From: Rhizophagus irregularis
Taxonomy: Eukaryota
NCBI RefSeq assembly: GCF_026210795.1
Contig: NC_089429.1
Location: 1,860,001 to 1,924,000, forward strand
Direction of reading: 5' to 3'
Length of the DNA stretch: 64,000 nt
The translations under genes were made by a program, and so were the position numbers. Positions 12,211-25,169 of this stretch are shown piece by piece. Every line of letters begins with the position of its first letter. The first letter of the stretch is position 1. The notes under the pieces were generated by a model. It had not been told where the DNA came from, did no database searches, and saw nothing but the letters and a program-made list of their open reading frames with translations.

Positions 12211-13036
12211 GTAAATCAAATTTAAAAACATGGAATAAATAGATAAGCAATACTATTTAGGAGAAAGTCGCTTCGCATGAGTTTTACAATATACTGTATG
12301 TACCCAAATACAAATGGCAACAAAATTGCTTATTTTTTGTTATTAGCTGTTGACGAAGTAGAAAATCATCTATAAAGTCGAGATGGTTCTGTTGTGCATA
12401 TTGAACATAAAAATATATACCGTATGCAAGAAAATACAATTGGAATAAAACAACCTGTGGGTATATCCGGAAAAAACATCGCAAATAGAGCACACACAAC
12501 AACCAGTACTTTTTGGAATAAGTCAACCGAATTACTTTCCCTCGTACTCGTGAATAAATTTTTTTTTGGGAATCAGAGCAGATATAATACAGCAATGAAA
12601 TAGTCTACTAAACAAAACACGAGAGAATTGCCTCATTCATCAATAAGAGTAAAGGCACTAGCGCACGAGAAAAACTGCTATTTAGAATGCTGAACTTAAG
12701 TTTAAAGTCAGGGTATTCGCTTATAGCCAAAATACTGAAATTAAGGCATGATTTCGATGAGCTTAAAAAGAATTTTGTAAATCCCAGATTAGATATATTC
12801 AGATAGTTAAGGAAATTCTCAATGAAGCAACTTGGTTTCATAGAAGGTGCGACACAGAATGATCACGATGAACAATAGATTACAATTTACAAATCATGGT
12901 GAATACTGATTACCAAATATTGAAATACATATGAAGGGACATATACGGAAGCAGTATCCTCTCATTTCTAAAATCACCAACAAACCACATTGACATCACA
13001 TCAAACTTCTCTTAAACTAAAGAAAAACTCGCAAAT

Positions 13037-13563
13037 ATGACTGAGTCTCAGTTTCCTCGCTATCTGTTTCCTCAGTTCACAGAAGAAGAGTTAGAAGAAG
13101 CAAGTAAAAGATCAAGGACTTCCGTGAATTGGACTGAATATAATAAGTGGGTCAAGGACGGCAAACCTTACGAAGAAGAAGATTTCATTGATCAAAAATG
13201 TAAAAATGATTCTCAACAAAGATCAGTTGGTAAATCCATTGATTTGTATCCATTCTATTATTTCATTTTTATGTATATATTAAGTTGATAAAGCCAAACT
13301 TGTAAAATTTTTTTGAAGGAGCAAAACGAGGTAACCTTATCAGAAAAGGAAGATCAGGACATGGAGTTAAATCTAACGATAGTTCCGGGAAGACAACTAG
13401 AAAGGCCTGGAAAAAAAGCATTGTATTTGCTTCCACAAATACTAAATCCAAAACCACCACTTGTAAAGACGGTGAATATAGTAATAAAACACTTGGATCC
13501 AATAAAATATCCCATTCTATCAAACTACACGAACATGATGATTCAAAATCTGCAAAAAGATAA
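13037..13563 (+). CDS. Hypothetical 145 aa protein, two exons (13037-13229, 13319-13563)
   Basis: ATG, an 89-nt GT..AG intron, frame open to TAA at 13561; acidic N-terminal half, basic Ser/Lys-rich C-terminal half; no recognised domain. Confidence 0.35.
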
Positions 13564-13849
13564 TTTCCTTCATGTTTTGATCGGGCTCAGTATTAGAGCG
13601 GAAGTTAGAGAATTTATACTCGATAAAGTAAGCAATCAATTGAAAATTAATGGACCAACAATCACCAATTATCATATTGTACCCAAAGGTTCTTACATGT
13701 ACACATTATATCTACCAAATAACCATTTTCTAATCTTACGCCATCTGAAGGGTAGATGGTATAGAGCTTTGGCTTACTTTTCTAATCACAACACTTATTC
13801 TAATTTTCTCAATATATTCTTTACGAATAAGACTTTTACAACACCATAA
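13361..13849 (+). CDS. Hypothetical 162 aa protein (MELNLTIVPGR...), possibly mobile-element associated
   Basis: Long open frame with protein-like composition in a locally GC-richer patch; overlaps the previous ORF in another frame. Confidence 0.45.
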   Translation: MELNLTIVPGRQLERPGKKALYLLPQILNPKPPLVKTVNIVIKHLDPIKYPILSNYTNMMIQNLQKDNFLHVLIGLSIRAEVREFILDKVSNQLKINGPTITNYHIVPKGSYMYTLYLPNNHFLILRHLKGRWYRALAYFSNHNTYSNFLNIFFTNKTFTTP

Positions 13850-14304
13850 TATTTTTATAATATGAACTGCAATGTGTAATTTTTCTGTATACTTAACATA
13901 TTCTTATTTAATATTTTTTTATAGCGCAGTATGATTGCAAATGTAATTTTCTATAATCTCTAACATATTTTTACATTAAAATATCATAATACTTTTAACT
14001 ACGCATTATGAATAGCAATATATAATTTTTCTTACAAACAATAAATCAAAGTCTCATTTTTATATAGCTATATGTTTTTTGTGTGATTTGGCGAGTGGGA
14101 TTGTGGAAACATGTATGCTATTATTTCTCGCTGCAATCGATATAGATTTGAAATGTGTAATGCAATTCTTTAAAAGAATCTTGCTAAGAAAACCCTATTA
14201 ATGTATGGTGGAATTGAGGAGTAATTTCGTGACAAAATCATTTTTACGTGATAATCTGTTTCCACACAAAACAAGTGTTTTGGCTTTGAAGTATGTAAAA
14301 TATC

Positions 14305-14561
14305 TAGGGTATAATGTTATAAAATATATACACATATATTATTATTGAAATTTAATGGTTCGACTAGTTCAGTTTGTGCTCCAAACTACTAGTTTCAGGT
14401 CTCAAACTAGATGAAACTAGGTTTAATAACCTGGTTTAAGACCTGGACTAACTGTTAAATAAACTCTAGATATTTTTTAAAATGACATGTTCTCATTTAA
14501 TTATTTTCGGTTTGAGTAATCCGGTTTAAATCAGTTCGGAATAAACCACTTAACATCCCTA
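14305..14561. mobile_element. Degenerate hAT-like MITE remnant
   Basis: Right end reads TAGGGATGTTAA on the minus strand, with subterminal aaacc/ggttt repeats; left end taggg is degenerate; no TSD seen. Confidence 0.3.
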
Positions 14562-15334
14562 TTAATTTGTATAAGTTAGTGTTAAGATTTCACACATTCT
14601 TTACAACCTGTATGTAGTATTGCGCATGTGAAGATTATTAATTAGATTTTTATTGCTTGTTTTTAAAATTTAATTTTAAATGTTTTCATTTACTCATTTA
14701 TTAAATTTTATAAAATAAATTTATCTGCAAAGCTTAGATTAACCTGTATAAATAATTTTGAATTGCGCGACTTGTGATTTGATCTATTCCGTAATTATTA
14801 TGGTTTGAATAATTTGATTGGCTGTCGGGTCATGTGTACGTTCCAATGGAGGATTCCATTGTTATTTATATTCCCTAATTTTGTTATTCATACCCCCATG
14901 GCCAGAATTAAGGACTGGATCTTATTATTTCGTTTTCAGTCTATTTTTGTTAAACCGGTTCTTTTTTAATTTTTAATATTATTTTTTTCTATTTTTTTAA
15001 TTTTGAAACTGAATTTATAATATTTTTCATCCCAGTTTTTTCTCTTTATAGTAATCTATATTAATATTTTTTATATCGATTTGTTGGTCCAATAATAAGC
15101 ATGATTTTTATTTTTAGTAATTTTTTTATTATTGTTTTATTAATTTTCTTTTCTATTTTTCTTTTTTTTTCATTCTTTCACTTCTTAGGTTTGCATTAGC
15201 GATATAATTTAAGTAAAAATTTTTTTTTTATTGAATAAATTGTATAAATATGCTTTGTGTAATTTTTTTTTACTTGAAAGATAAGAAAAAAACATGCTAA
15301 TATTTAATGGGATATTGATTTAAACTCATTTAAT

Positions 15335-15366
15335 CCTGTTGCAATGCAACAGGCCACTGAGGCCAG
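15335..15366 (+). mobile_element. Helitron-like 3' terminus
   Basis: Perfect 9-bp stem cctgttgca-a-tgcaacagg, 9 nt spacer, then CCAG|T; resembles the CCGTTGCAACGCACGG..CTAG type of Helitron end. Confidence 0.5.
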
Positions 15367-15373
15367 TATATAA

Positions 15374-16535
15374 CTATTTAATTCATTTATAAGCTCATCA
15401 ACTTGAATACCATAAATTTAAACTCTTCTACTTTATTGTTCAAATAAAACAGATCTTTCCTTGCAAATGAGAAGACTCTCTATAGCTAATTAGGTGACTC
15501 TTTTTTCTTTTGTAATATATTTCTTACAAGGTAAAATATTTTCACTTTCTTGATACAATTACTTACTGAATAATAATTTTCTAGTAATAATATTTTGAAA
15601 ATTTTTGAAAATTTTTAAAGAATACCTCCAAATCATTTACATTGAATTTAAGCGCCAAACCTAAATATTCTAAACTATAAGGAAGAATTTGTCCTAAATT
15701 TTGTAATACAATTAAACTATCATAATCTAATTTGATCAGGATTAAATCGGTAAATAGTATCAATATTAAAATAATCAAGATTTTGTTATTAAATCAATTG
15801 CTGAAAAAATATTTTGATCATTATTTTACAATTAAAATAAATTTTTTTGAGTTTTTGCTGTGAATCAATCAGCCTGTATAAATCTTTTTCAACAAGATCA
15901 CAAGAAAGAATATGAAGTGATGAAATTGTAGTGTAATTAGAATAAAAAAACATTTTATAAATGATATTAAGTTCCTAGACATAATAATTTTTGGGATTTT
16001 AATACCATAAATTAAATTGGATTTTGTAAGGTTAATTGTAGAGTAGAATTGAAAGAATCATCGTCAAGCATCCCAAAAGTCCATGAAATTTCAAAAGTAT
16101 GTAAATTAGTATCATTTTTATTAATATTTTGATTAATGACAGGAAAACAAAATAACTATTTCAGTTCTTTGTTAAAGTTTGAAACTCTTGTTTTTGCAAT
16201 CCAACTTTTAATAGAAAACTAAAGTTTTGTATACTTAAACATTTAATAAAACTAGGATAATTAAGTAATGTATTTGAAATAATAATGAATCAGTAATAAT
16301 TCCATATTCATTTAATTTTATTTTGTCATCATCATTTAATTTGTGTAAGTAAATCAATAAAGCAGTAATTTTTAAGATGCCATCCTGAGAATGGGTCCTC
16401 CATAATAATGGAATTGCCAAACGACACCATAATATATTAACTAAAATACATCGAAAAGTCATTCGAAAATATTGTATAATTTCGTACGTCTGTTAATTCA
16501 GGTTGGTCTCCTGAAAAAATTTTTAAGCATGCCAT
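15374..16535 (-). pseudogene. F-box/LRR pseudogene (subfamily of 36546 and 44498)
   Basis: Starts MACLKIF; retains CILVNILWCRLAIPLLW, LNDDDKIKLNEYG and LQNLGQILP; many frameshifts and about 450 nt shorter than intact paralogs. Confidence 0.85.
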
Positions 16536-17865
16536 ATTTGCAAAAGAGGAAAGAGAGATATTATATTTAAAATTTTCAGATATTTAGACATAACGGATCA
16601 ACTGATCATAACATTTATAGAATCAACGTGACTCAAACAATATTCACTTCACTATTTAACTTTAAAAATTAATATTTTGAAAAACATTGCTAATTAAACA
16701 GTTAAAAGTGTATGGAGAATAATCCTCATTTCTCTCTAACTTAAATGAAAAAAATTATTTAACTTACAAAATTTAAACTTAAATTTACTCAATCCTTTTA
16801 TATATGTTCTTATTCAAAAATTCTATTATTTATTAACATTTTTAACCTTTGAGATCTTTGATAATTAGTGAAAAGCTATTTCTATATTTTGTTAGTCCTA
16901 GTTTGCTTATTAATTAATATCATCAACTTTTTAAAACAGCCTAAAATTTCGGTCCGCTTTTAGAATAATGAAAGTTAATTTGTATGCAGAAGACTTCAAT
17001 TTAAAAATAATATTTCTTTATTGATTACATTTATATTACTAAATTCTTAGAATTTTTACTTATTTGCTATACAAAATATAAAATTAACTTTTATAGTTGC
17101 GTTCAGAACCCTTGTTAGTTTTTATATTTGATGCGAATCCTGATGATGACATGTATTGAATTGTACGTATTTTCAAACAACTTTATTATGAAATTACAAG
17201 TAAGGAATAAAATGCTACCAGATCTTTCTAGAACTTTGATGAGTTTTAATCTAATCCAACTTATAATTCCCCGTATGTCCACATAGCATGAAACAAAACT
17301 ATATTTAGTATGACAACTAATTTAATTAGTAATTTAGCTATCTAATTTTTTTGCTAATAATGAACATACGCAAAGGATTTGTAGATGATCTTTTGTCATC
17401 TTTCTAATTTAATTATAACATTCATCAATCAGGGTTGCTTCAAGATGCATGATCACTATGCTTGTACTATACCTATAATCGTACCTAATACTTTAGATTA
17501 TTTATCTTAATTTTAACGAAATAAATGAAATTTTTTCATTTGGATATTTTTATAATTTTATCACATACTCCTAATTAGTAAATATTAGTTACCATCTAAA
17601 AATTTATTACAAAAACAGCATTTACCTTCAAACAGATTCAAATGATTAGTAATTTGGCCTCTTTACATTTTTTTATCTATTAATTTATAACTTATTTATT
17701 TATTTTAGGATTGTCTATTAGTTTAGAAAGTTAGGCAAGTTTTGCACTTACTATCGTTTGTTTACTACTAACAATAGATAGTATAAAAAATGACGTGTTA
17801 TGTACATAAATGAAAAATGATAAACATTTTCTTTAAGCATTGTATGAGGCAGCGGCATCACTACA

Positions 17866-17950
17866 CGATATTTGTCGCACAATTTTTTTTTGCAGATCAT
17901 GATCATGTGTAGTAACTTGTGCAACAAACGGAGTTTCCGCTCCGAAATTC
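17866..17950 (+). promoter_or_regulatory. Conserved upstream module of F-box paralogs
   Basis: GATATTTGTCGCACAA..GATCATG..TGCAACAAACGGAGTTTCCGCTCCGAAATT; similar copies at about 28546-28622 (+), 35485-35595 (-), 41541-41625 (-), 61204-61322 (-). Confidence 0.55.
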
Positions 17951-18018
17951 AAATAATAAATTTATCATATTGGCGTAACTTTGGAATCCCCTTTTCTCCC
18001 TTCTTTTTTTCATTTAAT

Positions 18019-19686
18019 ATGGCATGCTCAAAGTTATTTTCAGGAGACTTACCCGAGTTAATGAACGAAGTTATACAATATTTTCATTATGATCATAAAA
18101 CATTACATTCATGTATATTAGTTAACAGATTATGGTGTCGTTTAGCAATCCCATTATTATGGGAAGATCCTTTTTCAATTAAAGATCCTAAAAATTATCA
18201 TTTCATTGAAATTTATTTGCATTATTTAAATGATGATGATAAAACGAAATTAAATGAATATGTAATTCATAATGAATTATTTCCTTCAAATGCATTATTT
18301 AATTATCCTAGTTTTATTCAACATTTAAGTTCATTTAAGATTTGTTGTTCTATTGAAAAGTGGATTACAACTGTTGGGACTTCAACAACTAGTAATGAGC
18401 AACATTCTAGATATTTTACACGAAAAACAAATTTACAAATTCCAATCTCTACAAAATTAATATATAAGTTGTTATTTCTAATATTCATTGAAAACGGAGC
18501 AAATTTGCATAGTTTTGAAGTTACGTTTATTAGGAAGATTGAAATTGATTATTTTAATGAGATTTTTGAATTAATTTTACAAAATCCGAATTTCATTTAT
18601 AATATTAAAAATTTTAAAATTGATTTCCATGAAATAACTGATAACATAATGGAGTTTTTAAGAAATATCTACTCTAATTGCAAATCAATTTCGTCACTTG
18701 ATTTTCAATTTCCATCATGTAATTTTAATTATTCAGTAATTGAAAAAAGCTTATCACAATTAATTAAATCTCAGGAAAATCTTCAAAAGATTTTATTTGG
18801 TTATAACGATTCACCATTGCATCATTCATTATTATCATTAAAATATTCTGATTGTTCAAATACATTAAATACAATTATATTTTATCATGTTGATTTTAAA
18901 AATATAGTTGTTTTAAACGAAGCCTTTAATCAGCTGAATGCTTTAGAATCAATTCATATTGTTTATTGTTATTCCCTAGATTCTAATTTTGTTCAACAAA
19001 TTAGTAATGTCACTAAACCTTTTAAATTAAAGTCTTTATTTATGCGTGGAATTTTACAAATTGAATCATTAAAATTGTTAATGCAAAAATTTGGCAATTA
19101 TATAGAAAATATTGGAATTACGAACAAAGAATCACAACAATTATTACAATTAATTATAAAATATTGTAGCAATATTAAATATTTGGTTACTACTTGGTTA
19201 GATACTACTAAGAGTGTTTATTTATTATTTAGTTTAATTGAAAATATTACACAAAATCTTAATTATCTTACAATTAATTGTCCTCGTTACTCTGAAAGTT
19301 ACTATTTTAGTTCAATTATATTACAAAATTTAGGACAAATACTTCCTTTTAAATTAAAGTATTTAAATTTAATTCTTATGATTAGTAATACGATTAATTT
19401 GGAAATATTCTTAAAAAATTTACAAAATACTTTTATTAAAAGATTGTTAATAAAAAATGTAATAGTGAAAGAAGAAAATGAAGATATTTTCCCCTATATA
19501 AAAGAATATATTATGAAAACGAAAAGAGTTGAGTATTTGGCTATTTTGGAGAATATTGATGGAAAATATGAAGATTTATTTTTCCAGAAAGAAAAAGTGA
19601 AGGTATTCCAATTACATGGTATAAAAGTTTTAAATTACAGTGATTTGGTTATTAATGTTTATGATTTTATAAAAGAAATTTGTTAG
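18019..19686 (+). CDS. F-box-like/LRR protein, 555 aa
   Basis: Start set at the MACSKLFSGDLPEL ATG shared by paralogs; the longer ORF-track call begins at a non-ATG codon in the promoter. Confidence 0.88.
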   Translation: MACSKLFSGDLPELMNEVIQYFHYDHKTLHSCILVNRLWCRLAIPLLWEDPFSIKDPKNYHFIEIYLHYLNDDDKTKLNEYVIHNELFPSNALFNYPSFIQHLSSFKICCSIEKWITTVGTSTTSNEQHSRYFTRKTNLQIPISTKLIYKLLFLIFIENGANLHSFEVTFIRKIEIDYFNEIFELILQNPNFIYNIKNFKIDFHEITDNIMEFLRNIYSNCKSISSLDFQFPSCNFNYSVIEKSLSQLIKSQENLQKILFGYNDSPLHHSLLSLKYSDCSNTLNTIIFYHVDFKNIVVLNEAFNQLNALESIHIVYCYSLDSNFVQQISNVTKPFKLKSLFMRGILQIESLKLLMQKFGNYIENIGITNKESQQLLQLIIKYCSNIKYLVTTWLDTTKSVYLLFSLIENITQNLNYLTINCPRYSESYYFSSIILQNLGQILPFKLKYLNLILMISNTINLEIFLKNLQNTFIKRLLIKNVIVKEENEDIFPYIKEYIMKTKRVEYLAILENIDGKYEDLFFQKEKVKVFQLHGIKVLNYSDLVINVYDFIKEIC

Positions 19687-20399
19687 ATAATAACTAAGGT
19701 TACACATAGTACATATAAATCATTTAAATTGTATAAATAAATTGATATAAATAAATATAACAATTTAAGGAAATAATTTTAATATTACTATTCTTTTTAT
19801 TGTATGCCAAAGTAATAGAATTTAAAGTTATTTTTTAATCAAATTTTATTATTTACATTATTAAGGATCATATTCTAATCTCAAAATTGTTACCAATTAG
19901 CTACAATAATTACTGAGATTCTATATATTTTGACAGTGATTGTTTTATAATTATTTATACTAAACATATATAATACTACTAAAGAATTTAATACCAATAT
20001 ACTGTAATCTATACTGTAATCTTATCATAATTAAAAATATCATTGTTTACCCTCGTTATAAAACATAATAAAGATTTAAAAGAATTGAGCTCACTTTAGT
20101 CAATTTAAATGTAAAGATATATATATCAAAAAAAAAGATAAGAATTCAATGCTAAAGATTAACAAATTTACAAATTTAACAAGCTTGATTATTATTCTTT
20201 ATTTGCATATAAAATATTTGAACAATTTTTATCCTTCAATGTCAATATTAATAATAACTGAATGACATTAGCAATGTTTTTTTAAAATAAAATTGTTTAT
20301 TAGGACATTTAATTTATTGACTTATAGTATTTACATAACTTATTAGCTATCTACATTTTTTAATAATTTATAGACTTGGAATAGTAATATAGTGTTAAC

Positions 20400-21480
20400 G
20401 TCAGTTCTTTAGTTGCTTAAAATTATTAAGCAGTAAGTTTAATTAAAAATGTATTAAGCAGAAGGATCGGAGAGGTCAGGAATTAAGATGATTAACATAA
20501 ATCTTATACAAAACAATCAATTCTAACAAATCCGACCAGATGCGAATAAAGTATAGCTTCCCAATTAGCCTATACGATCAGACGCAAATGAAGGATTTAC
20601 AAACAATCAAAAACAAACAATAGGAAATAAGAAATAAAGTGTATAAGACATAATTCAGGACAAGGTGTATATTTAGAATATAGACTTTATTATCATCATT
20701 AAACTTTAGGACTTTTTGACCCTTAATACATGGCATGAGTGCGCGCTTTATTCAACCTTGCAAATACGATCTATTTATAATAAAATTTACACTAATTACA
20801 ATATATTGAATATATACTATATATGTACTATATAAAATATATAAAATATATACTATATGAAATATATAAACTATATGGAATATATAAACTATATGGAATA
20901 TATAAACTATATGAAATATATAAACTATATGGAATATATAAACTATATGAATTATATTTAATATATTACATTTATCCACTATTTTTTTATTTTTTATTTT
21001 TAGAAAACAGAAAAGCGAACCCGTAGATTCAATTATACAGAGAACATAAAAGTCTATATATAATACTATCACTACATGGCAAGCCACCCCGAAGCGTGAC
21101 GAATTCTGTTCTTTTATGGAGTAGGTGAACACGAGTCAGAACCACGAACTTTCCCAAGAACACCCGCCTTGAAATAAAAAATTGGTAGCCCAGGATAGGA
21201 TTACTCCCCCTGGGTGTCGACTACCGAGGTAGTCTACCATTGGTTGATACCACGGTTGTGACCGAAGTCGGTGTGATACCATGATCTACGCACTTTCCCA
21301 CCACTAGGGCTACGATCTACACCTTCTAGGCCTATGGTATAGGCCCACGCAGTATAATTCATAGAGCATCCGTTGGCTGGACGGATCGAACCTGCGTCCT
21401 CCATTCCTGTCTTAGACAATCATAGGAGGGGTACACCATGCCAGTGCACTAGGTCAGCCACGACCCTATTACATTTATCC
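20400..21480. mobile_element. Probable non-autonomous retroelement remnant with GC-rich structured end
   Basis: GC-rich island with several perfect hairpins at 21180-21470, an internal minisatellite, and no credible ORF; class is inferred. Confidence 0.3.
20835..20955. repeat. 18-bp minisatellite (tatatggaatatataaac)
   Basis: About six tandem units, alternating gg/ga variants. Confidence 0.9.
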
Positions 21481-22329
21481 ACTATGTTGCATATATTCGA
21501 CATTCGCAACATAGATCGTCATCATGTGATCATGAACTTATTCTTGTGTAACAATAGTATATTGGTCGATCAATATCTCAATTCTTTAACAATAATAATA
21601 ATAATATTCTTTTTTAAATTATGAAATATTTGATAATTTGGGAAATTCTAATCCTATACTTTTGTTAATAGTCTTACTTACTAGTTTACTTACTAATTAT
21701 AATAACATCAATTTTTAAAACAGCCTGCAAATTCACTATGATTTTTGTAGTACCTGTATTAAGTCAGATATATTTTAATTTAACGTAATAAATGAAATTT
21801 TTTATTTGGAGTTTTTTACCGTCTCATAATTTATTTCAAAAATCAAGCAGTTCATCTTTAAACAGATTCAGATTTGGCCTCTTTACATTTTTTATCATAT
21901 AATATTTACTATTTTTTTATATCGCTTTTTATAATACATTTCTCAAAAAAAGTAATATTATTTTTCTTACTTTTACAATTTTACAATTAAATTAACAAGT
22001 TATGACAATAATAGCATTAGTTTGGCGTTACCTTGAAAATTCACCACAGCCGAAATTTAACATGATTTAGAACAAAATGTATATATTTTATGTATTTTAT
22101 ATAATTATTATTAAACGTAAAATTTAATTTTCTTTTGAACACAAATCTTTTTATAGCCTTTTATTTTTAAGAAAATGTTGCATATTGAAAGTAGAAAAAA
22201 GTCTTTTTAATCTTATCCGTTTATTTCACATTTTAGTAATCCGCTCGATTTATCATGATTATCATTTTATAATGTACAGCAATAATTAATAAAAATTAAT
22301 TTATGATTTTATTTATAAATATAACCAAA

Positions 22330-23320
22330 GAATAAAATTTTTATAATAAAAATTTATTATTAATATTTTTTTGGGAGGAATTGTAATTATCCCCTCATCA
22401 TTATACTTAGCCACCAACTCATTGTGCTCATTTGTCCATGCACCATCCAGCTTGTAATAACTCTCAAATTTAATTGGAATCTTTTTTGGGTATTTCCAAC
22501 TCTCAAAAAATGATTCTAACTCTTCTGTTGTGAAATTCCATTTGTATCCAAATGAAAATATTCATATAGTTTAGGAGATACATTACTTAAAATCCTTAAT
22601 AATTTGTCTCCATTGGGATCTACTACTTCGCGGGTAGCAACAACATCAACTCTGGGATCTTATTTTTTCGAATTGTGTACAATTAGAAAAAATTCTGCTA
22701 ATTTCTATCGAATTTGTAGGGTCAATATTTATAATTAACTTCATAGGTGTGGCGATATTGCCCTAATCAGTTGATTGTTTTTATCTGGATAATCTTCATA
22801 CCCACTAAGTGGAAAGCGTATATTTTCTAATTGTATAATAAAAGTGAATAAAATTTTTATAATAAAAATTTATTATAAATATGTTTTTTCTTCGGAATTG
22901 TAATTATCCCCTCATCATTATACATAGCCACCAACTCATTGTGTTTATTTGTCCATGCACTATCAGCTCATAATAACTCTCAAATTTAATTGGAAATCTT
23001 TTTTGGTATTTCTAACTCTCAAAAAACGATTCTAACCCTTCTGTTGTTGTGAAATTCCATTTGTATACAAATGAACATTTTCCGTATATTTCTAGGAGAT
23101 ACATTACTTATAATCCTTAATGATTCGTCTCCATTAAGATTTACAACTTCGTGGATAGCAGTAACATCAACTTTGGGATCATATACATCTGCTGTAAAGC
23201 TTATTTTTTTTCTAATTGTGTAATCAAAGAGAATAAATTTTTATAATAAAAATTTATTATAAATATTTTTTTTTTCGAAATCGTAATTATCCCCTCATCA
23301 TAACTTACTTAAAACATTTA
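22330..23320 (-). pseudogene. Two tandem 3' fragments (plus a short third start) of a different LRR/RNI-like gene
   Basis: Minus strand gives WNFTTEELESFFESWKYPKKIPIKF..WTNEHNELVAKYNDEGII; 22330-22700 is similar to 22845-23220; frameshifts. Confidence 0.55.
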
Positions 23321-23574
23321 TTTTGAAATTCTGGAGGAATATCCAGGCATTTGTTGACCCAATGACCATTTTTTTACAAAAAATACACGTGTTACTGTCT
23401 TCCTTAAACAAGATGCACTTTTGATTTTTCTAGTCCAAATATAGTAAATTAAGTTATTATTAACCGAATGCAATAAATCAAAGTTATTAATATGGCAAGC
23501 CGAGCTGGACTAAACTATCAGGCATTGGGCGGGTGAAAAATCAAGCATGGATTGACAAAATATTACACCGTGCC

Positions 23575-23960
23575 TGACATTTTACCTGTTCATGCTTGAT
23601 ATTCATCTGTCCGTGCTTGATATTTATCTGTACGTGTTTGATATTTTTATCTGTTCATGCTTGATGTTTATCTATCACGTGCTTGATATTTTTATCTGTT
23701 CATGCTTGATGTTTATCTGTACGTGCTTGATGTTTTATCTGTACGTGCTTGATGTTTTATCTGTACGTGCTTGATGTTTTATCTGTACCGTGCTTGATGT
23801 TTATCTGTATGTGCTTGATATTTATCTGTACGTGCTTGATGGTTTTATCTGTACGTGCTTGATAGTTTTATCTGACCATGCTTGACATTTTTATCCGTCC
23901 GTGCTTTATGTTTTTATCCATTTGTGCTTGATATTTTTGTCCGTCTGTGCTTGATGTTTT
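23575..23960. repeat. 21-23 bp subterminal tandem repeat (gtacgtgcttgatgttttatct), mirrored at about 27070-27410
   Basis: Direct inspection of both arms. Confidence 0.9.
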
Positions 23961-25169
23961 TGTCCAACTGTGTTTGATTTAATCCAACTATGTTTGATAA
24001 TTTTATCTTTGTCAAAAATTAGTTTCTTTGTCAGCACAGGGTTGATATATTGTTGGTCACATGTTTTTAAGTTTAGCGTAGTTTTAAAAAAAAATTTTTT
24101 TTTTTATTGGCTTTTTTTTATAAACAAATTTTGTAGAGAATTTTTATTTTTAATATAGGCAAAGGCTTTGTTTGGTAGAATTTCTTTGGGAATTTTTTAA
24201 TAAGATTGATAAAAAATTTCGTTAGAAAATTTTTTTCATTGATAGGGACATTTCTGAGTTTTTTTTTTTGATGATAATTTCGGAGAATTTTTTTTAATAA
24301 GATTTTTTTTTTGACATATACTTAATTTGTTGGAACAATTTTTTCTTTTAACAGGAGAGATTTTTTTTTTTTTGATAGAGAATTAATTGAGAATTTTTTT
24401 TTTTGTAGAAAATTATTTGAAGAATTTTTTTAATAGGGAAGATTTTTTTTTGATAGATAATTTCGTTACTAAAAATTTTTTTAACAAGTGAGATTTTTTT
24501 TTGATAGAGAATTTCGTTAAGAATTTTTTTTTAATAGGAGGGAGTTTTCCTTGATAAAGAATTCTTTTGGGAATTTTTTTTAATAGTATTTTTGACGGAG
24601 AATTTTATTAGAGAATTTTTTTTTTTTTTTGATAGAAATTTCATCATAGAATTTTTTTTTAATAGGTAAGATTTTTTTTTTTTTTTTGATAAAATCATTT
24701 CGTTAATAATTTTTTTAACAGGAGATTTTTTTTTTGATAGAAAATTTCGGTAAAGAATTTTTTTTTTAATAGGAAGGAAGTTTTTTTTTATAGAAATTCT
24801 TTTGAAAACTTTTTTTAATAGGTAAGAATCTTTGAATTTTTTTTTAATAGGGAAAATGTATTTTTTGATGGAAGATTTTTGTTAGAAATTTTTCTTAATC
24901 ATGGATATTTTTTTTGATTGAGAATTTCATTAGAGAATTGTTGGTTGAAAAGCCTTTTTATTTTTTTGATGGAGAATTTTGTTAGAAGTCTCAATAGAAA
25001 ATTTTATTGAAAATAGTTTTTTTTTAATAAGGGTATCGAGAATTTTGGCTTGAAATTTTTTTTTTTAATAAAGAATTTCATTAGAGATCTTTTTTTTTTA
25101 TAAAAAATTGATTGAAAATTTATTGGAAAATTTTTTATTAAATTTTACAATTTTAATAAATTTTTACTC

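Noticed and set aside
17872..18018. N-terminal extensions of F-box ORFs (also 28581, 35590, 41500)
   Set aside because: Non-ATG ORF-track starts running through promoter or 5' UTR sequence; not conserved at protein level, whereas the MACSK start is.
20752..21132. Repetitive ORFs on both strands (HIVYIF / YKLYGI)
   Set aside because: By-products of the 18-bp minisatellite.
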